Under the pieces are notes generated by a model. The model did no database searches. It saw only the letters and a list, made by a program, of their open reading frames with translations, and was not told the DNA's origin. DNA of 64,000 bases from Trichormus sp. ATA11-4-KO1 (lineage in GTDB: Bacteria > Cyanobacteriota > Cyanobacteriia > Cyanobacteriales > Nostocaceae), in the NCBI GenBank assembly GCA_019358915.1, contig JAHHIM010000013.1, positions 41,080-105,079 of the forward strand, given 5' to 3'. The position numbers and the translations under genes were made by a program. Shown here in pieces: positions 1-11,718 of the stretch. How positions within the stretch are numbered: position 1 is the stretch's first letter; the number at the start of each line of letters is the position of its first letter.

Positions 1-434
<434 letters not shown>

Positions 435-558
435 TCAAGAAGGGAACAGAGGACAAGCCTCGCCGTGAGCGTTAGTTGAACTGGAATAGGGAACAGAGTT
501 TTTGCTTTCTATTTTCTCTTTGGAAGTAAGAGATTCCCAATTCTGCAAGTGACAGGTT

Positions 559-585
559 TTGGATGGGGTATAAATCCCCATCCAA
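559..585. terminator. hairpin between convergent ilvC and dapL, probable bidirectional terminator
   Basis: TTGGATGGGG-tataaat-CCCCATCCAA perfect 10-bp stem. Confidence 0.6.
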
Positions 586-594
586 CATTCTCTG

Positions 595-1830
595 TTAAAG
601 TTTAAACTTCTCAGTAATCCGTTTCATTGCTTCTTCCACATTTTCCCGGCTGTTAAATGCCGAAATGCGGAAGTAGCCTTCACCCGCAGCACCAAAGCCA
701 GAACCAGGTGTACCCACCACATTGACAGTGTGTAGCAACTTATCAAAGAATTCCCAACTAGACAGATTATTAGGAGTTTTCACCCAGACGTAAGGTGCAT
801 TCACTCCACCGTACACAGCCAATCCGGCGGCTGTTAGTTGTTCACGAATAATTTTGGCATTTTCCAGATAAAACCCAACTAATGCCTGAATTTGTGCCTG
901 TCCTTCCTCAGAATAAACCGCTTCGGCTCCCCGTTGCACGATGTAGGACACGCCATTAAACTTGGTAGACTGGCGGCGATTCCACAGCTTCCACAGTTCC
1001 ACATCAGAACCATCGGCGGCTTTGGCTGTCAGTGTCTTAGGTAAGACAGTTAACGCACAACGAGTTCCTGTAAAGCCTGCATTCTTGGAAAAAGAACGAA
1101 ATTCGATCGCACATTCCCTGGCACCGGCAATTTCATATATAGAATGGGGAATCGCCGGATCTGTGATATAAGCTTCGTATGCAGCATCAAAGAAAATGAT
1201 CGAGTTATTAGCCCTAGCATAATCCACCCATGCTTGCAAGTATTCTTTGGTAGCAGTCGCACCAGTGGGGTTATTGGGGAAACAGAGGTAAATTAAATCA
1301 ACTTTCTTGGAGGGAATTTCGGCGGTGAAGTTGTTTTCAGCCGAAATCGGCAGATAAACTAAACCCTCAAACTCACCTTGCTCATTGGCAGAACCAGTAT
1401 TACCTGCCATAACATTTGTGTCCACATATACGGGGTATACAGGGTCAGTAACAGCGATAATATTGTTTTTGCCAAAAATGTCGAGAATATTGCCAGTATC
1501 GCACTTAGAACCATCGGAGATAAAGATTTCCGCAGCGTCTATCTCAGCTCCCCGTGCTTGGAAATCTTGGGCAGCAATTTTTTCCCTTAACCAAGCATAA
1601 CCTTGTTCTGGCCCATAGCCTTTAAAGGTGGAGCGATCGCCCATTTCTTCCACAGCTTTGATCATAGCTGTGCGGCAAGCTTGGGGTAGAGGTTCGGTGA
1701 CATCACCAATACCCAGGCGGATAATCTGAGCATCAGGATTGGCTTCGGCAAAGGCATTCACCCGCCGGGCAATTTCGGGAAACAGATAACCAGCTTTTAG
1801 CTTCAGGTAGTTGTCGTTAATCGTTGCCAT
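595..1830 (-). CDS. dapL: LL-diaminopimelate aminotransferase
   Basis: [37 protein letters not shown] (PLP lysine); start at ATG 1830 rather than the ORF-track start. Confidence 0.95.
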   Translation of the reverse strand: MATINDNYLKLKAGYLFPEIARRVNAFAEANPDAQIIRLGIGDVTEPLPQACRTAMIKAVEEMGDRSTFKGYGPEQGYAWLREKIAAQDFQARGAEIDAAEIFISDGSKCDTGNILDIFGKNNIIAVTDPVYPVYVDTNVMAGNTGSANEQGEFEGLVYLPISAENNFTAEIPSKKVDLIYLCFPNNPTGATATKEYLQAWVDYARANNSIIFFDAAYEAYITDPAIPHSIYEIAGARECAIEFRSFSKNAGFTGTRCALTVLPKTLTAKAADGSDVELWKLWNRRQSTKFNGVSYIVQRGAEAVYSEEGQAQIQALVGFYLENAKIIREQLTAAGLAVYGGVNAPYVWVKTPNNLSSWEFFDKLLHTVNVVGTPGSGFGAAGEGYFRISAFNSRENVEEAMKRITEKFKL

Positions 1831-2134
1831 AGTAAAGTTGAAAAAACGGCCTAGATAAAACAGCTTACTGCTAATTGATATATGCAATAGCGTGATTTTT
1901 TAAGAAAATTAAATATGCGTTTTCCATAACCCTTGTGGAGACATTACATGTAACGTCTCTACATTCTGTTCATAGCCGTGGGATGAGTTAATTGCGGTCT
2001 ACATCAAAAAAAGTAGTAACAATGCAAATATTCCTTGAGGCTATCTATAATTAGTTCCGATGGCAGATTTAATGCCAAGGTGTGAATTGTTAATCTATGA
2101 ATGTTCTGTAAAAATATTTACTAAATTAAAAACA

Positions 2135-2407
2135 ATGAACATTCTTGCTTGGATTGTTTTAGGTTTAATTGCTGGTGCCATTGCTAAGGCTATCTATCCC
2201 GGTCATCAAGGTGGCGGTATTTTAGGAACAATTTTACTAGGAATTATCGGTGCATTTATTGGTGGCAGCTTGGGTGTATTTTTCAGTACAGGAACCTTTG
2301 CCTTAGCCGCACCTACCCTGAGTATTACAGGTATCATATTAGCGATTATTGGCGCGATCGTTGCCATTTTCTTATGGAACTTGCTAACTTCTCGTAGTGC
2401 TGTGTAA
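2135..2407 (+). CDS. GlsB/YeaQ/YmgE family (transglycosylase-associated) small membrane stress protein
   Basis: MNILAWIVLGLIAGAIAKAIYPG...GIIGAFIGG signature. Confidence 0.85.
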   Translation: MNILAWIVLGLIAGAIAKAIYPGHQGGGILGTILLGIIGAFIGGSLGVFFSTGTFALAAPTLSITGIILAIIGAIVAIFLWNLLTSRSAV

Positions 2408-2476
2408 CAAGTTCAATTGCGGTTAGTTAGGTAATACTTAATTAAAGTCTGTTTCTACTTTTAAGAGGTAGATCCA

Positions 2477-2836
2477 ATGGATGTGGATAAATTTTTGCAG
2501 CGCTATGCTTCTGGAGAACGAGATTTTTCCCAGGTCGATTTGAGTAGAGCCAATCTGGGTGGAGCGATTTTACATCAAGTTAATCTCAGTGGTGCAAATC
2601 TCAGTAAAGCTAATCTGAATAAAGCACATCTTGAAGAAGCAAATCTCAGTAATGCAGATTTGAGTTCAACCTATCTAACAGCAGCAAATTTACAACGTGC
2701 TAACTTGCAAGGAGCTAACCTGCATAAAGCCGATTTAGATCGTGCCAATTTACGCTCAGCCAATTTGAAAAACGCTAATTTGGACGGAGCTAATCTGCGA
2801 AATGCTACGCTCCCTGATGGTAAAAGCTCAGATTAG
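2477..2836 (+). CDS. pentapeptide repeat protein
   Basis: YASGERDF N-terminus followed by A(N/D)LxX repeats; GAGG RBS. Confidence 0.92.
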   Translation: MDVDKFLQRYASGERDFSQVDLSRANLGGAILHQVNLSGANLSKANLNKAHLEEANLSNADLSSTYLTAANLQRANLQGANLHKADLDRANLRSANLKNANLDGANLRNATLPDGKSSD

Positions 2837-2900
2837 AGATCGTTTGCGGCAAATTTTTACTTAAGTAGTGTACGAGTAGGATAGCGTAAATAATTACAAG

Positions 2901-3010
2901 TTTGTAGTGAGAACTTTAGTCCTCTCTATCTCCTGTCAGAGACGCTTCGCGGTAAGCACAGCTATGCCCGCAGGGCTTTACAAAAAAGGGCTAAAGCCCT
3001 TACTACGAAC
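2901..3010. repeat. REP-like palindromic element containing an inserted small dispersed repeat
   Basis: arms GTAGTGAGAACTTTAGTCC...GGGCTAAAGCCCTTACTAC enclose GCACAGCTATGCCCGCAGGGCTTTAC. Confidence 0.55.
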
Positions 3011-3167
3011 TATTTCATTGTTTTAATTATTACTTACTCCGTTATCTTTCATCGCAGAATAATTAAATTCCCTGATTTTTTACAACTAGATTAATTCAAA
3101 GAGTTGGGGATAGGAGAAAAGAGGTTTCATAGTCCCCAATCTTCAATCCCCTTGAATGATAAACGGA

Positions 3168-3719
3168 TTAGCGAGACTTACCAGAAGTAGAACCACCAGC
3201 AGACTTAGCCTCCTGAAGTAGCTGTGGCATACATTGTTCAATCTTTTGGGCTGTCTGTTCTTCTTGCTGCAAGTTTTGCTGTAGCAACTGCACAACCTGA
3301 TTTTGATTCATCTGCTCGGCAACCTTAATCATGCCACGGTAACAGGCAATCTCTAAGTTTTCGACCTTGGCCTGCGCTCCTGTTAGTGCCAAGTCCAGAA
3401 TTTTAGGATTATCGGCAGCCAACAACATAAGTTTTTGACCGTCACTGACAAGCCCAGCTGCACTATCACAATTCACTCGTTGTGGTTCCTGTCCCAAAAT
3501 TTTGAATACCTGTTCCAGGTTCTGTATTTGCTGTTCTGTTTCGCGAATATGTGTCTCCATCAAAGACTTTAACTGGTTATTTTGACAACATTGGCACATC
3601 ATCTGCATCGCTTCTAAAAAGCGATTTTCAGAATCGTACATTGCCCCTAATTCATAAGTGAATTTCTGTTGTAAGTTGGTAATTTTTTGTGTACCTGGAC
3701 GTTCGCTGAGTTGAACCAT
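3168..3719 (-). CDS. ferritin-like DUF892 (YciE/YciF-type) protein
   Basis: YDSE...HIRETEQQIQNLEQVF...AQAKVENLEIACY...LQQEE pattern. Confidence 0.8.
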   Translation of the reverse strand: MVQLSERPGTQKITNLQQKFTYELGAMYDSENRFLEAMQMMCQCCQNNQLKSLMETHIRETEQQIQNLEQVFKILGQEPQRVNCDSAAGLVSDGQKLMLLAADNPKILDLALTGAQAKVENLEIACYRGMIKVAEQMNQNQVVQLLQQNLQQEEQTAQKIEQCMPQLLQEAKSAGGSTSGKSR

Positions 3720-3990
3720 TTTAATCTCCTAAAGGTTTGACCCTGTATTCGACAGTCATACCTTTAACCTAAGTCCATCACCTGCGTCTTCTCTTCATAC
3801 CTGAGGCACAGCTAACTGTTAATTATGTCTGCTAAATCAGATACATTACTTAGTATCTGGGTTAGGTCAATTTTTTTGATTGACCATCGTGTCGTTCCGG
3901 AATACCACTACACTCCTACGTCACTATGATGACAGCCTCATCAGGGAATCAGTTAAAGTAAAGATACGTAAAGAAAGCGCTTTGAATTAA

Positions 3991-4671
3991 ATGGTTGCTC
4001 CACGCTTAGATGAAATATCTACTCAGTTAGAAAGTCCGGATTTGCGCGATCGCATGGTAGCTCTTGCTAGTTTGCGTCATGTATCCCCTGAAGATGCTGT
4101 ACCTTTAATTAAAAAGGTATTGGATGATGAATCTCTGCAACTGCGCTCAATGGCAATATTTGCCCTAGGAATCAAGCCAACAGCAGAATGTTATCCAATT
4201 TTGGTAAAGATTTTGGAAAATGACCCAGATTATGGTATCCGTGCTGATGCCGCCGGAGCCTTAGGCTATTTGGGTGATGCTAGAGCATTTGAAGCACTGG
4301 CACGGACTTTTTATGAAGATACTGATTGGCTAGTACGTTTTAGCGCAGCTGTTTCCCTGGGTAATATTAAAGATCCACGTGCCCGTGAAATTCTCATTCA
4401 AGCTTTAGATAGCAACGAAACAGTGTTGCAAGAAGCAGCAATCTCCGCACTGGGAGAAATTCAAGATATTGAGTCTGTCGATAGTATCCTGCGCTTTGCC
4501 CAATCATCTGATTGGTTAGTCCGGCAACGTCTTGCAGAAGCCTTGGGAAATCTTCCTACTCCTAAGAGTATTTCAGCTCTAAAATACTTAGAAAAAGATA
4601 GCCATACCAATGTTGCTCAAGCAGCGAGAATTTCCCTCAAGCGACTTGAGGAAAAAGGCTATCAAGCCTAA
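3991..4671 (+). CDS. HEAT-repeat (PBS lyase-like, NblB-like) protein
   Basis: repeated VRxxAAxALG HEAT motifs, upstream of cpcS. Confidence 0.8.
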   Translation: MVAPRLDEISTQLESPDLRDRMVALASLRHVSPEDAVPLIKKVLDDESLQLRSMAIFALGIKPTAECYPILVKILENDPDYGIRADAAGALGYLGDARAFEALARTFYEDTDWLVRFSAAVSLGNIKDPRAREILIQALDSNETVLQEAAISALGEIQDIESVDSILRFAQSSDWLVRQRLAEALGNLPTPKSISALKYLEKDSHTNVAQAARISLKRLEEKGYQA

Positions 4672-4742
4672 TCTCAGCGTCTCCTGCTACCTTTTAATAA
4701 TAAGTAGGATTTGTAGCATTTTCGTGCAGGGTAATTTCATTC

Positions 4743-5309
4743 ATGAATATTGCAGAATTTTTTGAGTTAAGTGCTGGTAGATGGTTTTCCCATCGTACTA
4801 GTCACCATTTGGCTTTTAAGCAAGCTGAAGACGGTAAGTCAGACATTGTAATTGAGATGCTGGCTGCCGATCATCCAGAGGTAATTAAACTGTGTCAGCA
4901 GTACGAAATTACTCCTGACTCCGCCTCCTGCGGCGCTAGAGTTACCTGGAACGGTACCATGGAATGGGATGAAGAAAAACACAGTGGCTCAACTGTGTTG
5001 GCTTCAGTTCCTGATGCCGATAATCCTCATGAAGGCAAGTTACTGCGAGAAATGGGTTATGCCGAGAAAGCCCCTGTTGCTGGACGCTACAAGATGGGTA
5101 GCGATGGCGCTTTGACTTTAACGACCGAATACGAAACCATGTGGTCTGAAGAACGTTTATGGTTTGCTAGTCCTAATTTACGGATGCGGGTAAGTATCCT
5201 CAAACGCTTTGGCGGCTTTAGTATGGCTTCCTTCACTTCGGAAATTCGGATGGGTGGTAGTTCATCAGCTACAAAAGTGTCAGAGGCGGCTAATTCCGTG
5301 TCTAGTTAG
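4743..5309 (+). CDS. cpcS: CpcS/CpeS-type phycobiliprotein lyase
   Basis: [23 protein letters not shown]...[14 protein letters not shown]. Confidence 0.9.
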   Translation: MNIAEFFELSAGRWFSHRTSHHLAFKQAEDGKSDIVIEMLAADHPEVIKLCQQYEITPDSASCGARVTWNGTMEWDEEKHSGSTVLASVPDADNPHEGKLLREMGYAEKAPVAGRYKMGSDGALTLTTEYETMWSEERLWFASPNLRMRVSILKRFGGFSMASFTSEIRMGGSSSATKVSEAANSVSS

Positions 5310-5409
5310 TGGAAGTGGGGAGTTGGAAGTGGGGAACAAGGGAAAATTATCAAAGTAATTTCGCCTCATTCCCCTCATCTCCTGCATCTCCCTGTTTTCA
5401 CAGCATCAT

Positions 5410-6882
5410 TTAAATTTGCAACCAATTAGCGATCGCCTGCGGTAGTGGTAGCACAATGATCACTAACAGTGCCATTGCCATTAATCCTAAAATGTCACGT
5501 CCATTATCTAATTCGGTGACATCGTTTAAGGCAGGTTCATCGATCAAGGGGATAAATAATAAAATAATCGCCCAGACAAAAAATCCTGACTGCACTAAAG
5601 AAAGTAGTAACAGTAATAAGCGGGAAATTTGACCAATGACCATTGCTGTTCTTTGCCCAAACATTGCATGGACAATGTGACCTCCATCGAGTTGTCCCAC
5701 AGGCATCAAATTCAAAGCTGTGACGATTAGCCCCAAAAAACCAGCTATGGCTATGGGATGCAGGTTAATCGCTGATGTTGCCGTTAACTCGCTCCCTAAT
5801 GCTAACTTCGCAACCAACGCTAATAAAATTGAATATTTAGGATTGAGTGCTTCAGGATTCAATAGTCCTGTTTGGTCACTCATGGGAACCACTTCCGAAT
5901 TAGCCAAACCCCAGATTAACAAGGGTAATGTGACAACAAAACCTGCAATTGGCCCAGCAATGCTCACATCAAATAAAGCTCTGCGGTTGGGAATTGGACT
6001 CCGCATCTGAATAAATGCGCCAAATGTGCCTAAGAAAAAAGGCAGAGGAATAAAATAAGGAAGTGTTGCCCGAATTTTGTAGTACCGCGCTGTTAAATAG
6101 TGCCCCAGTTCGTGGATACCCAAAATAGTCATCAGCCCTAAAGCATAAGGCAATCCTTGCAACAAGGTAATTGGGTCAGATGCTAGTTGTTGCGGATCAA
6201 AACCAGCGATTGTTGCTCCCACTAACGTTGTCGTCACCAAAGTAGCTACTAGCAAAAATAAAGCTAATCCTGGTCGTGTTACCTGTTCTGGTTGACTGGC
6301 ATTTTTAGCTGCTTGAGTGTTAGGAACTAGCACAAAGAAAGGTTTGCCATTGAAACCCTCTTGAAAAATCAGCAAAAAGCGATCGCCAAATTGTGCTTCA
6401 ATATTTGCCTTAATCTGCTGATAAGCTCTAGTAGGTGTGGTTCTAATCTGACCTCTACAGATCACAGCCTGCGGTCTGTACTCAATATTTTGAATGTAGT
6501 AAACAGACCAGGGAAAACAATTTCGCAGCTGGGTTTCTTCCGTTGGTTCAATGGGACGCACTGGTACTGGTTCTGCGGTAGGATGGATAGCCGATTGTGA
6601 TTCAATAGCTTGGGGTTCAGTTTGTGGATCTCTTGGCGCTCGACGACCCCACTGAAACAACAGCCAGTATAACAGAAGGCAAATAATTGAGGGCCAAATG
6701 ATCAGTAACGGCGGCGGCGGTTGTTTTGCTCCATAAATCACTGTCCACCCGCTTAATATCAATGCTGGTGTCATTAACACCAGCCACAACAACCAGACTG
6801 GTGTCCGGGTGATATTAGCGACGCTGCGCTGCACCATCAAATAAGTAGCTAGTCCCAGTAGGAGGAGAAACCAAAATGTCAT
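5410..6882 (-). CDS. site-2 protease (M50) membrane metalloprotease
   Basis: HELGH, AGP and LNLMPVGQLDGGH motifs; many TM segments. Confidence 0.9.
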   Translation of the reverse strand: MTFWFLLLLGLATYLMVQRSVANITRTPVWLLWLVLMTPALILSGWTVIYGAKQPPPPLLIIWPSIICLLLYWLLFQWGRRAPRDPQTEPQAIESQSAIHPTAEPVPVRPIEPTEETQLRNCFPWSVYYIQNIEYRPQAVICRGQIRTTPTRAYQQIKANIEAQFGDRFLLIFQEGFNGKPFFVLVPNTQAAKNASQPEQVTRPGLALFLLVATLVTTTLVGATIAGFDPQQLASDPITLLQGLPYALGLMTILGIHELGHYLTARYYKIRATLPYFIPLPFFLGTFGAFIQMRSPIPNRRALFDVSIAGPIAGFVVTLPLLIWGLANSEVVPMSDQTGLLNPEALNPKYSILLALVAKLALGSELTATSAINLHPIAIAGFLGLIVTALNLMPVGQLDGGHIVHAMFGQRTAMVIGQISRLLLLLLSLVQSGFFVWAIILLFIPLIDEPALNDVTELDNGRDILGLMAMALLVIIVLPLPQAIANWLQI

Positions 6883-7071
6883 TTGCTCTTCAGTAATTTG
6901 GAAAAAATGTCTCACTAGTGTGTCGGCACCACAACCTACTCTACTAGACAGACTCTAAACCCCAATTTGTCTACAACAGTTAACAGAACTTATTAATTCT
7001 CAAGTGTTAATTCTTAAGAAGTTCAACTCTGTAAACCAATTTTTACCACTCCTCAGTTACGGTTTTTACTC

Positions 7072-7728
7072 ATGTGCCCCTTACCTCAACAGCCAAGTCA
7101 TACAGCTAAGCAACCACGTCCGGTGCTAGATAATATCTTTGCTTTTCCACCAAATCGGGACACATTGGGGGGAACCTCTTACCTTATTGTAGGAAATGAA
7201 GGCAATATCCTGATAGATTGCCCAGCCTTAGAACAAACAAATCTGGACTTTTGGCGCTGTCATGGCGGCGTGCGTTGGTTATTTCTCACTCATCGGGGTG
7301 CTATTGGTAAAACAGCAGAAATTCAGCAAACTTTGGGCTGTGAAATTCTCATTCAAGAACAAGAAGCCTATTTATTACCTGGGTTAACTGTAACTACCTT
7401 TGCCCAGGAATTCACACTCACTACTACAGCAAAAGTTATTTGGACACCAGGCCATTCCCCTGGTTCCTCTTGTCTATACTACAGTGAGTTGGGAGGCGTG
7501 CTGTTTACTGGTCGCCATTTAGTCCCCAATCCCCAAGGCGAACTATTACCACTACGAACAGCCAAAACATTTCACTGGCCAAGGCAAATTAAAAGTCTTC
7601 AATTACTCAAAGAACGCTTGACACCAGAAACACTCCAGTACATTTGTCCCGGTGCGAACACAGGTTTCCTCAGAGGTAAACGTGTCATAGATAATGCTTA
7701 CCAGCGACTTTTGAGTGCTGAGTGTTGA
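7072..7728 (+). CDS. MBL-fold metallo-hydrolase-like protein (degenerate metal motif)
   Basis: LIDCP, FLTHRG, TPGHSPGS, LFTG motifs. Confidence 0.75.
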   Translation: MCPLPQQPSHTAKQPRPVLDNIFAFPPNRDTLGGTSYLIVGNEGNILIDCPALEQTNLDFWRCHGGVRWLFLTHRGAIGKTAEIQQTLGCEILIQEQEAYLLPGLTVTTFAQEFTLTTTAKVIWTPGHSPGSSCLYYSELGGVLFTGRHLVPNPQGELLPLRTAKTFHWPRQIKSLQLLKERLTPETLQYICPGANTGFLRGKRVIDNAYQRLLSAEC

Positions 7729-7738
7729 GTGCTGAGTG

Positions 7739-7764
7739 CGCTTGCCCTGAGCGAAGTCGAAGGG
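7739..7764. repeat. small dispersed repeat GCTTGCCCTGAGCGAAGTCGAAGGG inside TGCTGAG heptamer tract; inverted copies near 61618 and 63338
   Basis: near-identical copies seen at three positions. Confidence 0.8.
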
Positions 7765-7819
7765 AGTGCTGAGGGGAGATGAGGAGTATTTTGGTTCTTG
7801 TCCCCTTGTCCCCCACTCC

Positions 7820-9073
7820 CTATTCCCCACTCCCCACGCCCGCCAAAACAGAATTTGTCTTCAACAATTCCAATGCTGCTTGATATTGCAGATCGGCTGC
7901 TGTGGCAATTTGTTCGCGGGTAATTGATTCTTGGGAAATTACTTGGTCTGGCTTAATGCCTAATTTGTTAATATCCCGATGGTTAGGAGTTTCGTATTTA
8001 GCAATTGTGACTGCCAAACCAGAACCATCTGATAATTCAAACAAGGACTGGATTAAGCCTTTACCAAAAGTAGTTTCACCTACTAACTGGGCACGACCAT
8101 TATCTTGTAGCGCCCCAGCAAGAATTTCACTGGCGCTGGCAGTTCCTTGATTGACTAAAATCACTAAAGGATCGTCCGTTAAGGCAGGGCCAAATGATTC
8201 AAAACTACCCTGAATTCCTTGGCGATTTACCGTGTAGACGATAGTACCGGAATTTAACCACAGGCGGGCAATTTCCACTCCTGATTGTAATAACCCACCA
8301 GGATTATTTCGCAAATCTAGAATATAGGCAGCAGCGCCTTTTTTCTCTAAACTAGAAATAGCGTGTGCCAATTCCATAGAGGCGTTAGCGTTAAATTGAG
8401 TGAGGCGAAGGTAGCCAATGGGCGTGCCTTGTGGTGAAAAACGCAAGTCGGCTACCACAGGGTTTAGCTCAATGCGATCGCGCATGATGCTAACTTCTTT
8501 TTCTCCTTCCCCATCTCGTTCAATCACCAGGGTGACCAAACTACCAATAGGCCCCCGCATTTTGGCGGCGGCTTCGTCAAGGGTCAAATCATCTGTGGCA
8601 ATGCCTGCGATTTTGAGAATGCGATCGCGTGGTCTGATTCCTGCTTTATCTGCTGGTGAATCCATGATGGGAGTCACTACCTCCAGCTTTCCCGTCTGGG
8701 GATTTAGGGCAATTTGCAAACCCACCCCAGTCAATTCACCAGAAGTATTTACCTGCAAACTGCGGTACTGCTGCGGGTCTAAAAAGCGGGTAAAAGGGTC
8801 GCCTAGAGTCTTAAGCATCTTCTGAATTGCCTCATAAGCTGCCTGATTGTTTCTCAGAGGCTTTTCCAGCGCCTTTTGCCGCGCCATCGACCAATTTTGA
8901 TGATTAAACGTCTCATCTAGATAGGTACGATTGACAATTCGCCAAACTTCTGAAACTAGCTTTTGCTCATCTGTCAAAGCTGCTGCTGGTGGAATGAGAG
9001 CGCCCAGCGCCAACCAAAACGCCATTAGCAATGAAAATCCTAGCCGAAAAACCTGTTTGTGCATGAACCCCAT
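7820..9073 (-). CDS. ctpA: carboxyl-terminal processing protease (S41, PDZ)
   Basis: DLRNNPGG, TASASEI, TFGKG motifs; divergent from petB. Confidence 0.9.
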   Translation of the reverse strand: MGFMHKQVFRLGFSLLMAFWLALGALIPPAAALTDEQKLVSEVWRIVNRTYLDETFNHQNWSMARQKALEKPLRNNQAAYEAIQKMLKTLGDPFTRFLDPQQYRSLQVNTSGELTGVGLQIALNPQTGKLEVVTPIMDSPADKAGIRPRDRILKIAGIATDDLTLDEAAAKMRGPIGSLVTLVIERDGEGEKEVSIMRDRIELNPVVADLRFSPQGTPIGYLRLTQFNANASMELAHAISSLEKKGAAAYILDLRNNPGGLLQSGVEIARLWLNSGTIVYTVNRQGIQGSFESFGPALTDDPLVILVNQGTASASEILAGALQDNGRAQLVGETTFGKGLIQSLFELSDGSGLAVTIAKYETPNHRDINKLGIKPDQVISQESITREQIATAADLQYQAALELLKTNSVLAGVGSGE

Positions 9074-9439
9074 ATCCAATGTCACCTGAACCCAAATTAC
9101 CTAGAAATGCCCATTTACCTCGTTATTGATGAAATCTATATCTCAACTATGTTACTTTTTTTATAGAAGTGGTGCATTGCTCTCATCAACTTGTAGAAAG
9201 AACTGATGCGGTGCATCCCACTCAACAAACGATAAAACCCACTTGGTATCCAGCATTTTTGATGTTGGCTTGCAAAGAGAACGCAATATATTCCATATTT
9301 ACAGAGTGTTAAGTTTCTGAAAACTCTTATCACTCTGAAGGCTCAAAAGCAAACGAACAAACTCCCCTTTTTGAAAATCCCAAAAATCCTAATTGGGAGA
9401 TTGATCAACCGCAACTGATTTTTAGGAACTTGAGATTGT

Positions 9440-10087
9440 ATGGCCAACGTTTACGACTGGTTTGAAGAGCGCTTGGAAATTCAGGCGCTTGCTGAGGACG
9501 TGACTAGCAAGTACGTCCCTCCCCATGTAAATATTTTTTACTGTCTGGGCGGAATTACCTTAACTTGTTTTCTCATCCAGTTTGCCACTGGATTTGCGAT
9601 GACGTTCTACTATAGGCCAACAGTTGCTGAAGCTTACTCCTCTGTACAGTACATCATGAATGAGGTGAACTTCGGCTGGCTGATTCGCTCCATCCATCGC
9701 TGGTCTGCCAGCATGATGGTGTTGATGATGATTTTGCACGTCTTCCGGGTGTACCTCACAGGTGGCTTTAAAAAGCCCCGCGAGTTGACTTGGGTAAGTG
9801 GTGTCATCCTAGCTGTAATCACCGTTTCCTTTGGTGTTACAGGCTACTCCTTACCTTGGGACCAAGTAGGTTACTGGGCCGTGAAAATCGTGAGCGGTGT
9901 ACCAGAAGCAATTCCCGTCGTTGGCGTTTTGATTTCTGATTTGTTGCGTGGTGGTTCTAGTGTTGGTCAAGCTACACTAACTCGCTATTACAGCGCTCAC
10001 ACCTTTGTACTGCCTTGGTTAATTGCTGTCTTCATGCTGTTCCACTTCTTGATGATCCGCAAACAAGGTATTTCCGGTCCTTTGTAA
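9440..10087 (+). CDS. petB: cytochrome b6
   Basis: [15 protein letters not shown]...KQGISGPL, 215 aa. Confidence 0.99.
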   Translation: MANVYDWFEERLEIQALAEDVTSKYVPPHVNIFYCLGGITLTCFLIQFATGFAMTFYYRPTVAEAYSSVQYIMNEVNFGWLIRSIHRWSASMMVLMMILHVFRVYLTGGFKKPRELTWVSGVILAVITVSFGVTGYSLPWDQVGYWAVKIVSGVPEAIPVVGVLISDLLRGGSSVGQATLTRYYSAHTFVLPWLIAVFMLFHFLMIRKQGISGPL

Positions 10088-10330
10088 TCTACAAATTCAG
10101 CCAAAATGCAAAAAGGCAACAGCTTTCAGTTTCCAGATGGAGTTGTTTGTTTTAAACTTATGGGAAATCAGAAATAAATAACTCATAAGTGACAATAAGA
10201 ACAAACAATTTATTTTAAGCTGAAAGCTGTAAACTCCCTCCGGGCTGCTTGCCGCAGACCAGGGTTGCCTTATAGCTGATGGCTTTCATCAATACTTTAA
10301 CTGAACTTGAGCAGGAGAGCGCATTAAACA

Positions 10331-10813
10331 ATGGCAACGCAAAAAAAACCCGATCTGAGTGATCCTCAGTTAAGAGCCAAACTCGCCAAAGGCATGGGTC
10401 ACAACTACTATGGCGAACCTGCTTGGCCTAATGACCTACTGTATGTATTCCCTATCGTGATTATGGGTTCATTCGCTTGTATTGTGGCTCTAGCTGTGCT
10501 AGACCCCGCAATGACAGGTGAGCCAGCAAATCCTTTTGCCACACCGCTAGAAATTTTACCGGAGTGGTATTTGTATCCTGTATTCCAGATTTTGCGATCG
10601 CTTCCTAACAAACTTTTAGGAGTGTTAGCAATGGCCTCAGTACCTCTGGGACTGATCCTCGTTCCCTTCATTGAGAACGTCAATAAATTCCAAAATCCCT
10701 TCCGTCGTCCAGTTGCGACCACAGTGTTCCTATTTGGCACACTTGTCACCCTCTGGCTAGGTATTGGTGCTGCTCTCCCACTAGATAAGTCTTTGACCTT
10801 GGGATTGTTCTAA
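10331..10813 (+). CDS. petD: cytochrome b6f subunit IV
   Basis: [18 protein letters not shown] motif, 160 aa. Confidence 0.99.
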   Translation: MATQKKPDLSDPQLRAKLAKGMGHNYYGEPAWPNDLLYVFPIVIMGSFACIVALAVLDPAMTGEPANPFATPLEILPEWYLYPVFQILRSLPNKLLGVLAMASVPLGLILVPFIENVNKFQNPFRRPVATTVFLFGTLVTLWLGIGAALPLDKSLTLGLF

Positions 10814-11110
10814 ATTAGTCACCAAAAAACCTTTGACGCCTGTCGTTTCCAGAGCACATACCATGGTTAGCAGTTTTTTGCAGGGTTTCCCTGATTCAAA
10901 CTGCTGGCTAGTTCCCCAAACAAGTATCCTCCGAAAGCAGCTGATACTTTTGGCAGATGAACTTTTGCAACTGACAGGCGTCAATTTTAGTATTCCAGGT
11001 AGCTACTAGGATATTTAGTTTTGGATAAAAACGGTATTCCAAAATCTAAAGTCACCAAAATACAAAAAATACAGACATTTTTTACTAATCTTATATTCAA
11101 GTCAAGGTCA

Positions 11111-11551
11111 ATGCTTAGCATAGTGCAGCACGACCATCTGACGGTGAAGAGCGAACTTAAGCTCCTAAACTACGTACAACAATGGTTTGAGCAATTTTGT
11201 CTAAAATATTTATCTCAACTTGGCTGGTCAGAAGGCCAACTTTATCGCCTCAATTTAGCATTAGCTGAGGGTTTTACCAACGCAGTTCGTCACGCTCATC
11301 GTGCTTTACCACCGGAAACAACTATAGAGATTGAAGTTAGTTTGTGGATTAACAGACTAGAGATGAGAATTTGGGATCAAGGAAAACCCTTCAATCCTGA
11401 TGCCATCACTGAGCCACAGCCAGGTACTCTGCAAGTAGGGGGGTATGGATGGTTTCTTTTGCGGCGTTTAGCTGACCGTGTTGTCTACGAACGCAGTGCA
11501 GATGGGAGAAATTGTCTACTAATTGTTAAATATGCCCAAGAAGGTCATTAG
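11111..11551 (+). CDS. anti-sigma/RsbW-like HATPase protein
   Basis: LALAEGFTNAVRHA, WDQGKPFNP, GGYGWFL boxes. Confidence 0.85.
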   Translation: MLSIVQHDHLTVKSELKLLNYVQQWFEQFCLKYLSQLGWSEGQLYRLNLALAEGFTNAVRHAHRALPPETTIEIEVSLWINRLEMRIWDQGKPFNPDAITEPQPGTLQVGGYGWFLLRRLADRVVYERSADGRNCLLIVKYAQEGH

Positions 11552-11718
11552 TACTGAGTTCTGAGTCTCATTTAATGTAAATAGTAAAAAATCAATATTT
11601 GTTGTATAAAAAAAACTACTCAATCTAGTAAAGTCAGCATACGAGTTATACTTGCTACTTTGTTACGATTTGGCAGCAGAAATGTTAGAAGTAGTAAATT
11701 TTGCCATAGCGTACTCAT

